Shown here: one piece after another, positions 13,367-45,711 of the stretch
Layout: every line of letters begins with the position of its first letter
How positions within the stretch are numbered: position 1 is the first letter of the stretch
Source: Eledone cirrhosa
Lineage: Eukaryota
Length of the DNA: 64,000 nucleotides
Assembly: GCA_964016885.1 (NCBI GenBank)
Contig: OZ024747.1
Location: 13,268,001 to 13,332,000, forward strand
Direction: 5' to 3'
Made by a program: the position numbers and the translations under genes
The notes under the pieces: generated by a model
The model's database searches: none
The model's input: only the letters and a program-made list of their open reading frames with translations
What the model was told of the DNA's origin: nothing

Positions 13367-14515
13367 CTACATTTTAAATTTAAATTTATATTTAAAAGTT
13401 GAGTTCAATCTATGTTTGCAGCAACTGAATAAATTTGTCCGTAGATTAAGGGAATTTTTAGATTTTAGTATAAAGAATATCTCCTCCGCGCAGAGGTCAC
13501 ATGTCTCAGAGGATGAATTAAAAGGAATCCCTCTTGAGACTATATTCCAAGCCGTCGAATATCTAACGTTATCTTGCCTAAGTTGCCAGAGTACGCCTGA
13601 TAGTGCTGTTGAAGATTTTTTGCTTGGATCTGTGAAAGAATTCTTGTGGTTATTATAGCGAAGTTTAAATTCCGTCGATGTGGAACCAACGTAGTTAAAA
13701 GAATTAGAGTCCGTTTTAACATTACAGTTGTATATTATATTTTTAACTAAGCAGTTGTTATTTAACGGACATTTAGATCTATCTCTACAGTTACATTTGT
13801 TAACTTGTATATTATTTATGCTATTATCGCTAGGTTTTAAGTTCCTATTATTTATTCTATTAATATTTTGTGCTAAATTTTTGGTGGATGAGTAGGTTAA
13901 TTTTATAGTATGTCTATTGAAAATTGAGTGATACCTATGTGTTCTAGGGAAGCGATTATCAAGAGCTTTAAAAAATAGTTTAGCGATGTGGGTTTTAATG
14001 TTTAGTGAGAAAGGGGGGGCAAACCATATTATGTTCCTAGTTCTATTTCTTTTTTGGCTTTTGGAATTATTGTAATGCTTTCTATTATAGTTGTTAAGGT
14101 TGTGGCCGTAATTCAAATAGTTGTTATTTTGTTTAGTTTGTCTATCATTATCTATGTACATAATTTTATCACTATATCCTGCTCTAGCTAACGCTTCATT
14201 GTAGTACTGGGCTTTTTCGTCGAAAATCTTTCTATTAGACGAGATTCTAGAGATACGTTTTTGAACAGAGTTTACTATAGTATTTTTAACAGATCTGGGG
14301 TGGTTAGAGTTAAAGCTGACATAGTTTAAGTTTTCATTCAACTTGTGAAATGGATAGTGAAGACATGTGTTGAGATTTAATGTTATATCTAGGAAATTGA
14401 CTATTCTATGATTATTCTCAATTTCTATTTTTAGATTAAAGTAATTAAAAAATTGTGTAATTTGTTTTCTTTTTCTATTTAGTTCAGAGTTATTATTATC
14501 AATAAGTAAAAGCAT
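13367..14515 (-). CDS. Penelope-like RT thumb + GIY-YIG endonuclease (truncated TE ORF, 382 aa open)
   Basis: ORF track; motifs as listed for the enclosing element. Confidence 0.85.
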   Translation of the reverse strand: MLLLIDNNNSELNRKRKQITQFFNYFNLKIEIENNHRIVNFLDITLNLNTCLHYPFHKLNENLNYVSFNSNHPRSVKNTIVNSVQKRISRISSNRKIFDEKAQYYNEALARAGYSDKIMYIDNDRQTKQNNNYLNYGHNLNNYNRKHYNNSKSQKRNRTRNIIWFAPPFSLNIKTHIAKLFFKALDNRFPRTHRYHSIFNRHTIKLTYSSTKNLAQNINRINNRNLKPSDNSINNIQVNKCNCRDRSKCPLNNNCLVKNIIYNCNVKTDSNSFNYVGSTSTEFKLRYNNHKNSFTDPSKKSSTALSGVLWQLRQDNVRYSTAWNIVSRGIPFNSSSETCDLCAEEIFFILKSKNSLNLRTNLFSCCKHRLNSTFKYKFKFKM

Positions 14516-14639
14516 GTCATCTCTATATAAACCTCCGGTAGTACCAGGTAATTTCCTATGCAGCGAATTGATTAAATATTGCTTTTATATCAGTTATAAA
14601 TATTTACTAGTTGTAACCCAACAATTTAAATATAACTTT

Positions 14640-14722
<83 letters not shown>

Positions 14723-14744
14723 TATACATATATATATATGTATA

Positions 14745-15513
14745 GATAAGAAATGTATAATCTGTAAATTAAGACCCCGTATTAACTATAAAACTATAAA
14801 TGTAGTATATAGCATGAGATCTACTGAAGGATAATGTAGAGATAAGAATACAGAGTACATAGGTGAGACATCTCGTAGTATAGGGGAACGGATAAATGAA
14901 CACTGGCTAGACCTTCAAGATAGTAAAGAATCATCTGTACTCTACCAACATGCTAAAATAGAACATAAGGGTAAATTAGAGAACATAGAAATAAAAATAG
15001 AATCTACACACAGAAAAGACGCAATGTTTAGACAAATCACAGAGGGAATAAACATAAATGAACTCCAACCAAAACTAAATAGAAAACATGAATGGAACAG
15101 CAACATCACAACTTACAATTAAGGACAAAATGAAAACACACACGCACATAGAACAAACAACCAACCAGTATCATGTAAATAAACAAATAAATAAACAAAT
15201 ATAAACACACACACACCCGGATGTAACACATGCGCAAACGAAGCACACAACACACACAAAAACAAGATGGCGTAGGACAGAACAAAGGAGAGGCACAAAA
15301 ACAAAGAAAAGAATCCCCAGTCACTGAAGAGGCCACAGAATGTGTGACGAAAGAACTTTGACAATATATAAACAATCATCTGGTTGTGGAACCAACCAAC
15401 CAACCGGAAATTTATAAATTCCTAAATTTATAAATTTATTATAATAAATTGAAGTGAAAGCAACTGGTGCGTGTGTTTCTTATTGGCAACATGACCCTCC
15501 GAAAGTATAACAA
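14745..15513 (+). mobile_element. 3' fragment of a second Penelope-like family (GIY-YIG + pLTR + tail)
   Basis: CIICK...NVVYSM..*CRDKNTEYIGETSRSIGERINEH...LYQH...FRQITEGINI...PKLNRKHEW; bounded by (TA)n. Confidence 0.85.
15320..15362 (+). ncRNA. Minimal/degenerate hammerhead motif downstream of GIY-YIG
   Basis: GUCA / CUGAAGA / G..CACA-gaa-UGUG..C / GAA-AG-aa-CU-U^ / UGAC; stem III is very short. Confidence 0.55.
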
Positions 15514-15539
15514 TATATATATATGTATATATATATAGG

Positions 15540-15571
<32 letters not shown>

Positions 15572-15775
15572 TATATATACATATATATATATATGTATAT
15601 ATATATATGTGTATATATATATATATATGTATATATATGTATATATATGTATATATATATGTATATATGTATATATATATATATGTATATATATATATAC
15701 ATATATATATATACAAATATATATGTATATATGTATATATATACACACAAACACACACATATATATATATATATA

Positions 15776-15857
<82 letters not shown>

Positions 15858-15997
15858 AAGTAGGGCAAAGATACAAGGAAGATAATGTGGTCATTCAATT
15901 AGTAAAAATAGATGCCCCAAAAATATCAATTTAAAAGAATACATCTTCCACACACACACACACATATATACATACATACACACATACATATATACAT

Positions 15998-16028
<31 letters not shown>

Positions 16029-16046
16029 CACACACACAGAGAGACA

Positions 16047-16090
<44 letters not shown>

Positions 16091-16193
16091 GGTTTGTTTG
16101 CTCAAACTGAAGAAAAAACTCAATACATCGTTAGAATGATGTATAATGTATTTTATTATAGCTTTGCAAAGCTATAATAATGAATTTGGAAAC

Positions 16194-16224
<31 letters not shown>

Positions 16225-16286
16225 GTAAAAAATTGAACGGGAACAAAACAGAGAGGCAGTACGAACAAAGGTTTAAATACAACTTT

Positions 16287-16360
<74 letters not shown>

Positions 16361-16429
16361 AATATATATATATATATACATAAATATATATATATATATA
16401 CATAAATATATATATATATATATATATAT

Positions 16430-16718
16430 GCAAAAGTTTTATTTAAGATTGTTGGGTTACAACGAGTAAATATTTTATAACTGATATAAAAGCACTCGAC
16501 AGTTTCTGGAGTAGGTTTACGATATTAAACAAATGGAAACTATATTTATAAAACCATATTTATTTCGTTATATATATTTCTGGGATATCATATTAAAAAT
16601 ATGTTATGCCTTCCTCAGACAAAATACAATACATAAGCTGTTTTATAAATAATTAGTGACATCCCTTTTGAGAATGCAACTTCCTTTTAAAAAAGTTGAT
16701 TTGGTAGTTTAATATCGT
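16430..16718 (-). mobile_element. Solo pLTR+tail of the Penelope family at 11946, with hammerhead at 16561-16626
   Basis: Near-identical to 11946-12130 and includes the tail found inverted at 14580-14641; CUGAGGA core, ACGAAAUA stem I. Confidence 0.8.
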
Positions 16719-16775
16719 ATATATATATATATTCATAAATATATATATATATATATATATACACACTTACACGCA

Positions 16776-16867
<92 letters not shown>

Positions 16868-16972
16868 CAGGGTTCGGAAAATGCAATGACTGACCTTTTG
16901 GATATTTAGAAGGTTTTTGTATTAATGTGCCATGTAATTTGAATATTATTTACACAAACATATATATGTATA

Positions 16973-17138
16973 CCGTATTTCCTGGCGTCGAAGACGCTAC
17001 TTTTTTCCTAAAATAAGTCTCACAAATCTACCATGGACCTGGAGTCCGAAGGATGTTTATTATGTTTTTCAAATTTTTGGTTGTCAAAACTAGGGTGCGT
17101 TCTCGAGGACGAAGCGTCTTCGGCGCCGGGAAATACGG
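16973..17138. mobile_element. pogo/Tigger-type MITE
   Basis: TA-CCGTATTTCCTGGCGTCGAAGACGC ... GCGTCTTCGGCGCCGGGAAATACGG-TA. Confidence 0.85.
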
Positions 17139-17550
17139 TATATTAAGAGTTTGACTAAGTTTTGCATTACTAAAAGGTTTCGTGACTGTAAATACGACCA
17201 GTTTTTTCAGATGCGATCCCACCCCCCAAAAGGAGGGGGGGGCAGAATGCACACACACATATGCACGTGTGTGTGCATGTACACACGTGCAAACACGTAT
17301 ACACGTAAATAGATATACACGTAACTACACACTTGCGCTGAAGCTGTTACACATGATATGTGTGTCATCTGAGCGATGAAGATAGCTTTATAATTTATAA
17401 TTATTTCTATGTCTGGCACAAGGCCAGCAATTACTCAGTTCATTACTGGTACTTTATTTTATAGTTTTAAGGTGATGCCAACATCATTTGGCCAATGCAG
17501 ATGGAATATTTTCGATATCATGTGCAATACTTTACACATCATATATATAT

Positions 17551-17748
17551 ATAGGAAAATGTCCATGACCCCGACGGCAGAGCTTAAGCAGTTTCGACGG
17601 CTATTTCAGTCCAGAAATAGCCGTCGAAATGCCTTGAGCTCTGCCGTCGGGGTCCTGAACATTTTCCTATTACCCACTCTACTACCCAAAGTATTGAGTA
17701 CTTTGGTGCGTTATGGTCCACCTGGTTCCTTACCACACTTTTTTCGTT
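17551..17748 (+). mobile_element. Hairpin+tail element (half-hammerhead family) in (TA)n
   Basis: Palindrome 17551-17670 followed by the conserved tail TACCCACTCTACTACCC...GGTCCACCTGGTTCCTTACCAC. Confidence 0.85.
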
Positions 17749-18457
17749 ATATATATATGGTATGTATATAAGCAATTCTAACATTAATTTTTACCTAATT
17801 ATGTATGGTTGACCGTATATTTAATTAATTTCCACGTGCTGTTGAAATGTTGGGTAAATATTCTATAGCGGTTGTACGCGAAGACGCTGCTGTGGCGTAT
17901 TTATCTACTGTTTCTTCATAGATGCCTTTTATTCTTATAGTCTGGTCTAATTGATTTTGTGTGTGGTTAATTATGTTGATTGGGAGTAGAGATGATGTAT
18001 ATATATTATCAAATAATTCTCTGGACATGCTTTACTCTGTAGTATATATATCTATTCTTTCATATAATTGTTCTGCATCCTCCTGCATTGAACCACCTAG
18101 GTACTATGACATAACTTATGTATTTGCTAGCATTAGTGTACATCTGTACGCATATGTTGGTAAATATAATAATTCTCTATATTTATCTCCAAATTATTTA
18201 TTTGTTGAGCAAACTTGCCAAATCCACTACTAATTCATTGTAGTGGTAGTAGGCTTTTGTCATTATACCACCCCACTCCTTCCGACTAGCCTCAGTGTCA
18301 CGTGATTGATTCTTTAGAATCTGCCATTTGACCAGAGACAGTGAACTTTTTCAGTGCTATGGAATTCAGTCCCCGCTAGCTGTTCCATCCACCGAATTAT
18401 TATTTTTATATGAGTCCCTAGTGTCCGCGCATTGCCTGGAGACTTAGCTGAGAATAG

Positions 18458-18539
18458 ACTCCCTGATGACGTAATGAATTCTCGATGGTTACATTGCGTA
18501 ACTATCTTTATCCCATTACAGAAACTAATTAGTTGGAGT
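18458..18539 (+). ncRNA. Type I hammerhead ribozyme motif with extended stem II
   Basis: ACUCC / CUGAUGA / cGUAAUG..GAUGGUUAC-auugc-GUAACUAUC..CAUUACa / GAA-ACU-aauu-AGU-U^ / GGAGU; about 60 nt upstream of (TA)n. Confidence 0.8.
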
Positions 18540-18595
18540 GAAAATTTTAGTAAGTAAGTTAATTTTTAATTTTTAAAATTTTCTTATTTTATGTC

Positions 18596-18675
<80 letters not shown>

Positions 18676-18856
18676 GCGGCAAGAGCTCAGCCGTCAGGCC
18701 CCAAGAGAGAGAAGATATAGAGGAATAAACCCCAATAGTCGGACTTTATTTATCGGACTGGGGGGGTTTTGAACTCAGACAGCAGAGAGTGGGAACAAAT
18801 ACAGCAACATCTTCTATCTGACGTTCTAACGACTCTCCCAATTCGCCGCCTTTATT

Positions 18857-21800
18857 TCATGGTGTATATACAATACACGATGTATATACAATACATGGTC
18901 TATATACAATACATGGTGTATATACAATACACGATGTATATACAATACATGGTGTATATACAATACACGATGTATATACAATACACGATGTATATACAAT
19001 ACATGGTGTATATACAATACATGGTCTATATACAATACACGATGTATATACAATACATGGTGTATATACAATACATGGTCTATATACAATACATGGTATA
19101 TATACAATACACGATGTATATACAATACATGGTGTATATACAATACATGGTCTATATACAATACATGGTGTATATACAATACATGGTGTATATACAATAC
19201 ATGGTGTATATACAATACATGGTGTATATACAATACATGGTCTATATACAATACATGGTCTATATACAATAAATGGTGTATATACAATACACGGTCTATA
19301 TACAATACATGGTGTATATACAATACATGGTGTATATACAATACATGGTCGATATACAATACATGGTGTATATACAATACATGGTCTATATACAATACAT
19401 GGTGTATATACAATACATGGTCTATATACAATAAATGGTGTATATACAATACAGGGTCTTTATACAATACATGGTGTATATACAATACATGGTCGATATA
19501 CAATACATGGTGTATATACAATACATGGTCTATATACAATACATGGTGTATATACAATACATGGTGTATATACAATACATGGTGTATATACAATACATGG
19601 TCTGTATACAATACATGGTGTATATACAATACATGGTGTATATACAATACATGGTGTATATACAATACATGGTCTATATACAATACATGGTGTATATATG
19701 ATACATTGTGTATATACAATACATGGTGTATATACAATACATGGTGTATATACAATACATGGTGTATATACAATACATGGTCTATATACAATACATGGTG
19801 TATATACAATACATGGTGTATATACAATACATGGTGTATATACAATACATGGTATATATACAATACATGGTGTATATACAATACATGGTCTATATACAAT
19901 ACATGGTGTATATACAATACATGGTGTATTTACAATACATGGTCTATATACAATACATGGTGTATATACAATACATGGTCTATATACAATACATGGTGTA
20001 TATACAATACATGGTGTATATACAATACATGGTCTATATACAATACATGGTCTATATACAATACATGGTGTATATACAATACATGGTGTATATACAATAC
20101 ATGGTGTATATACAATACATGGTCTATATACAATACATGGTGTATATACAATACATGGTCGATATACAATACATGGTGTATATACAATACATGGTCTATA
20201 TACAATACATGGTCTATATACAATACATGGTCTATATAAATACATGGTCTATATACAATACATGGTGTATATACAATACATGGTGTATATACAATACATG
20301 GTCTATATACAATACATGGTGTATATACAATACATGGTGTATATACAATACATGGTGTATATACAATACATGGTCTATATACAATACATGGTGTATATAC
20401 AATACATGGTCTATATACAATACATAGTGTATATACAATACATGGTGTATATACAATACATGGTCTATATACAATACATGGTGTATATACAATACATGGT
20501 CTATATACAATACATGGTGTATATACAATACATGGTCTATATACAATACATGGTGTATATACAATACATGGTCTATATACAATACATGGTGTATATACAA
20601 TACATGGTCTATATACAATACATGGTGTATATACAATACATGGTGTATATACAATACATGGTCTATATACAATACATGGTCTATATACAATACATGGTGT
20701 ATATACAATACATGGTCTATATACAATACATGGTGTATATACAATACATGGTCTATATACAATACATGGTGTATATACAATACATGGTGTATATACAATA
20801 CATGGTCTATATACAATACATGGTGTATATACAATACATGGTCTATATACAATACATGGTGTATATACAATACATGGTGTATATACAATACATGGTGTAT
20901 ATACAATACATGGTCTATATACAATACATGGTGTATATACAATACATGGTGTATATACAATACATGGTGTATATACAATACATGGTGTATATACAATACA
21001 TGGTGTATATACAATACATGGTGTATATACAATACATGGTGTATATACAATACATGGTCTATATACAATACATGGTGTATATACAATACATGGTCTATAT
21101 ACAATACATGGTCTATATACAATACATGGTGTATATACAATACATGGTCTATATACAATACATGGTCTATATACAATACATGGTGTATATACAATACATG
21201 GTGTATATACAATACATGGTCTATATACAATACATGGTGTATATACAATACATGGTCGATATACAATACATGGTGTATATACAATACATGGTCTATATAC
21301 AATACATGGTCTATATACAATACATGGTCTATATACAATACATGGTCTATATACAATACATGGTGTATATACAATACATGGTGTATATACAATACATGGT
21401 CTATATACAATACATGGTGTATATACAATACATGGTGTATATACAATACATGGTGTATATACAATACATGGTCTATATACAATACATGGTGTATATACAA
21501 TACATGGTCTATATACAATACATAGTGTATATACAATACATGGTGTATATACAATACATGGTCTATATACAATACATGGTGTATATACAATACATGGTCT
21601 ATATACAATACATGGTGTATATACAATACATGGTGTATATACAATACATGGTCTATATACAATACATGGTGTATATACAATACATGGTGTATATACAATA
21701 CATGGTGTATATACAATACATGGTGTATATACAATACATGGTGTATATACAATACATGGTCTGTATACAATACATGGTCTATATACAATACATGGTCTAT

Positions 21801-23286
21801 ATACAATACATGGTGTATATACAATACATGGTCTATATACAATACATGGTGTATATACAATACATGGTCTATATACAATACATGGTGTATATACAATACA
21901 TGGTGTATATACAATACATGGTCTATATACAATACATGGTGTATATACAATACATGGTCTATATACAATACATGGTGTATATACAATACATGGTGTATAT
22001 ACAATACATGGTGTATATACAATACATGGTCTATATACAATACATGGTGTATATACAATACATGGTGTATATACAATACATGGTCTATATACAATACATG
22101 GTGTATATACAATACATGGTCTATATACAATACATGGTGTATATACAATACATGGTGTATATACAATACATGGTCTATATACAATACATGGTGTATATAC
22201 AATACATGGTGTATATACAATACATGGTGTATATACAATACATGGTGTATATACAATACATGGTGTATATACAATACATGGTGTATATACAATACATGGT
22301 CTATATACAATACATGGTGTATATACAATACATGGTGTATATACAATACATGGTGTATATACAATACATGGTGTATATACAATACATGGTGTATATACAA
22401 TACATGGTGTATATACAATACATGGTGTATATACAATACATGGTGTATATACAATACATGGTGTATATACAATACATGGTGTATATACAATACATGGTGT
22501 ATATACAATACATGGTGTATATACAATACATGGTGTATATACAATACATGGTGTATATACAATACATGGTGTATATACAATACATGGTGTATATACAATA
22601 CATGGTCTATATACAATACATGGTGTATATACAATACATGGTGTATATACAATACATGGTGTATATACAATACATGGTGTATATACAATACATGGTGTAT
22701 ATACAATACATGGTCGATATACAATACATGGTGTATATACAATACATGGTCTATATACAATACATGGTGTATATACAATACATGGTCTATATACAATACA
22801 TGGTGTATATACAATACATGGTGTATATACAATACATGGTGTATATACAATACATGGTGTATATACAATACATGGTGTATATACAATACATGGTGTATAT
22901 ACAATACATGGTCTATATACAATACATGGTGTATATACAATACATGGTCTATATACAATACATGGTGTATATACAATACATGGTGTATATACAATACATG
23001 GTGTATATACAATACATGGTGTATATACAATACATGGTCTATATACAATACATGGTGTATATACAATACATGGTGTATATACAATACATGGTGTATATAC
23101 AATACATGGTGTATATACAATACATGGTGTATATACAATACATGGTGTATATACAATACATGGTGTATATACAATACATGGTGTATATACAATACATGGT
23201 CTATATACAATACATGGTGTATATACAATACATGGTCTATATACAATACATGGTGTATATACAATACATGGTGTATATACAATACA
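18857..23286. repeat. 18-bp minisatellite TATATACAATACATGGT(G/C), ~245 units
   Basis: Direct reading; two major variants GGTG and GGTC. Confidence 0.97.
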
Positions 23287-23359
23287 ACGGGATGAATACT
23301 AATTTTGAATTGATGAATACTTAAATTAAATCAAATAAATAGAAATATATATATATATA

Positions 23360-24330
23360 TGATGGTAGTGGTAGTGGTAGTGGTGGTGGTGATAGTGGTA
23401 GTGGTGGTGGTAGTGGTGGTGGTGATAGTGGTAGTGGTAGTGGTAGTGGTGGTAGTGGTAGTGGTGGTAGTGGTAGTGGTAGTGGTGGTGGTGGTAGTGG
23501 TGGTGGTAGTGGTGGTGGTAGTGGTGGTAGTGGTGGTGGTGGTAGTGGTGGTGGTAGTAATGGTGGTGGTGGTAGTAGTGGTGGTGGTGGTGGTGGTGAT
23601 AGTGGTAGTGGTAGTGGTGGTGGTGGTAGTGGTAGTGGTAGTGGTGGTGGTGATAGTGGTGGTAGTGGTAGTGGTAGTGGTGGTAGTGGTGGTAGTGGTG
23701 GTGGTAGTGGTGGTAGTGGTAGTGGTGGTAGTGGTAGTGGTAGTGGTGGTGGTGGTAGTGGTGGTGGTAGTGGTAGTGGTAGTGGTAGTGGTGGTAGTGG
23801 TGGTAGTGGTGGTGGTAGTGGTGGTGGTGGTAGTAGTGGTGGTAGTAATGGTGGTGGTGGTAGTAGTGGTGGTGGTGGTGGTGGTAGTGGTAGTGGTAGT
23901 GGTGGTGGTGATAGTGGTAGTGGTAGTGGTAATGGTGGTAGTGGTAGTGGTGGTAGTGGTAGTGGTGGTGGTGGTAGTGGTGGTGGTAGTGGTGGTGGTG
24001 GTAGTAATGGTGGTGGTGGTGGTAGTAGTGGTGGTGGTGGTGGTGGTAGTAGTGGTAGTGGTGGTGGTGGTAGTGGTGGTGGTAGTGGTAGTGGTGGTAA
24101 TGGTGGTGGTGGTGGTAGTGGTGGTAGTGGTGATGGTAGTGGTGGTGGTGGTGGTGGTAGTGGTGGTGATGGTGGTGGTAGTAGTAGTGGTGATGGTAGT
24201 AGTAGAGGTAGTGGTGGTAGTGGTGGTAGTGGTAGTAATATTAGTAGTAGTAGTTAGTGTGGGTAGTGGTGGTGGTGGTGGTCGTGTGATGATTTTGGTA
24301 ACTGTGGTGGTGATGATGGTGGTAGTGGTG
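23360..24330. repeat. (GGT/AGT)n trinucleotide tract
   Basis: Direct reading; explains the poly-Val ORF. Confidence 0.95.
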
Positions 24331-24748
24331 GGAGCAGTTAGTAAGATAACACAACGTTTATGCTGATGTGATTGTTTACAAAACCAGTCTTGAGGAACAT
24401 ATAACCTGCTTTATCAGCCAGCGATTAATTTGAGACAGGTGCTTTATAACACAACCGAAAGAAAACCATCACCATCATCGTCAGCACTAACCCACATTAG
24501 CTCCTTCGATTCTTTTTCATAGTGACTGTAGGCCTGTGATTATTAATCTCGTTCTATTCCCCGGGTGTGATTTCGTTCAACAAAAAGGCTGTTTGTTGCA
24601 TACGAGACTAAAAAGGTTTCTTTTCTTTAATGTTTTACCTGATATAACTGTCAGTTGGGAGTTGGTATATTTATTTATGTTGATGTTGTTAATGTCGCTT
24701 TGAAACAAACAAAACAAAACAAAACAAAACAAAACAAAAAAAACAAAA

Positions 24749-43638
<18,890 letters not shown>

Positions 43639-44481
43639 TAAAGAAAGTATTATTAAAGAGAGTATTATTATTAAAGGGCAGTGAATTGGCAGTATCGGTA
43701 GAGCGTCAGACACCATGTTTTGCAGCATAGAATGCCCCTTTACGTTCTGAGTTCAAATCCTGCTGAGGTTAACTTTGCTTTTCATCCTTATGGGGTCGAT
43801 AAAATAAAGTACCAGTAATGCACTGGGGTAATTGCTGACCTTTTGCCAAAAGTAGAAACAATTATTATCAAGCCTAAGGTTAACTTGTTAGTGTTATTCA
43901 AAGACAAAAAAAAAATTGTTTTTATAACTAAAGAAACATTATTTTATTATGCTTACAACATTCTTAACATTGGAACTATTTTTACCAGTATTATGCATAA
44001 AATTGAAATTATTTTTCTAAATGTATCTTTGGCTGTGAACTATATAATAAATATTAAAATACTATTTTGGTACTAGGGGGCAAAGAAAATTCAAATAGGT
44101 TGTGGGGAATATTAAAAGATCATTGGGCTTTAGAAAATGTTTATAATTTTCTATTAAAATTTATTTTAACTTAAATAAATACACTAGAAACTATTATATT
44201 GTTATATTTCTTCAACATCTGAGAAGCAAATTAATTATTTTCACTTTTACGTTTTTTTCTTTCTGATTTATAAAACTATATTTACCTATGTATATATGTA
44301 TCTGTGTATGTATGTTGGTGTATTGAGTTACAATTTTGTAGCAAGATAGTAAAATTTAGTTGAATGATGAAAAGATGAATAGATGTTGATAAAATAATTA
44401 CAGAAGTCAATATGATCAACTCTACTAAACCTTCTGAGGTTAGTGTTCCAGCATAACTGCAGTAAAACAATTGGAGTATAT

Positions 44482-44700
44482 ATCATCATCATCATCATCA
44501 TCATCACCGTTTTACGTCCGTTCTTCCACGCTAGCATGGGTTAGACAGGTTGTCCTGTTGTGGGCAGTGTCCGGTCGCCTGACCATGTCTTACTCATACG
44601 GTAACTGATCCTGGCTTGATTTTTACAGCTGGATGCCCTTCCTAACACCAACGTCATTTACTGTAAGTGCTGGGTGCTTTTTTCCATGGCGCCTACACGT
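44482..44700 (-). mobile_element. SINE family with (GAT)n tail (representative copy)
   Basis: GCTAGCATGGG...CTGGATGCCCTTCCTA..ACCAAC core, also at ~26720-27010, 30760-31015(+), 46690-46910(+), 63455-63810. Confidence 0.6.
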
Positions 44701-44769
44701 TCACTTTACAGTTGGAGGGGGTGGGGGCATATTGTCTATATGCTTCAGCTTCGGCTTGTACCCGTTGTG

Positions 44770-44869
<100 letters not shown>

Positions 44870-44894
44870 AAAATGTATACACACTTCAATAGCA

Positions 44895-44936
<42 letters not shown>

Positions 44937-45667
44937 TGCTATTGAAGTGTGTATACATTTTTTTGGACGCCCTGTATATCTATATATATAAATCTGTAGT
45001 TTTCTGTATGTATGTGTATATGTATGTGGACAATTTTTAATGAGGGCTCATATATTCTAAACCATTCATGCGATTTCTTTGAAATTTTTTACAGAGCTTC
45101 TCCTTGCACAAAACCTGTACATGATCTACAAAGGCTTCCAAAAATCGATATTGGGGCCTTTGGAGACATTAAAAAAGTTTCGGTTATTTGTGCCAATTTT
45201 CGTGATTAATTAAGATAAGAGTTATCTTTCGTAATCAAGAGTTATCTTTCGTAATTCGGCTCATTCGGATTTTAATTTACTCTTTGTACTTGAAAGAAAG
45301 AGACTAACAATATCATTTTGTATATTTCACAACCAGCAATTTCTAACAGATTACTAAGTTAAGTTATAGATTTGACATTGTATAATTTATCGTTTCAAGC
45401 TTGATGTTCATACATTAAATGCTGTCATAACCTTTACAATATTATGCTTAAATTTATCTAAAATTATTTCGCTGGAATAGTGCTTAAGGTTTTCATGTTT
45501 ACATAAAGTACGTTTTTCTTCTATCTATTCAAATTTACTTTGTTTAGTTTAATGAGCTACATCGAAAGCTACTTGAACCGTCTAAAGGAGGGGTAGTTTA
45601 GCTAGTATATATATTATGTATGTGAGTAATCATCATCATTTGAAGTATGTTTTCCCTAATATCACGG

Positions 45668-45711
<44 letters not shown>

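Larger units (their letters stand above)
11946..14641 (-). mobile_element. 5'-truncated Penelope-like element (possibly Naiad-type): RT C-terminus + GIY-YIG, long 3' UTR, pLTR with hammerhead, inverted tail at the 5' junction
   Basis: ORF 13367-14515 preceded in frame by GGLYRDD; [23 protein letters not shown]...C, IIY...[19 protein letters not shown]; (TA)n at both ends. Clade assignment is tentative. Confidence 0.88.

Noticed and set aside
13367-14515. Selenoprotein-type Penelope ORF
   Set aside because: No in-frame TGA in the retained ORF, and I could not identify a SECIS by eye.
18769-23324. 1208-aa and 1016-aa ORFs (YMVYIQ / LYIHHV repeats)
   Set aside because: They are translations of an 18-bp stop-free minisatellite, open on both strands, with no domain content.
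23359-24366. 335-aa poly-valine ORF
   Set aside because: Product of the GGT/AGT tract.
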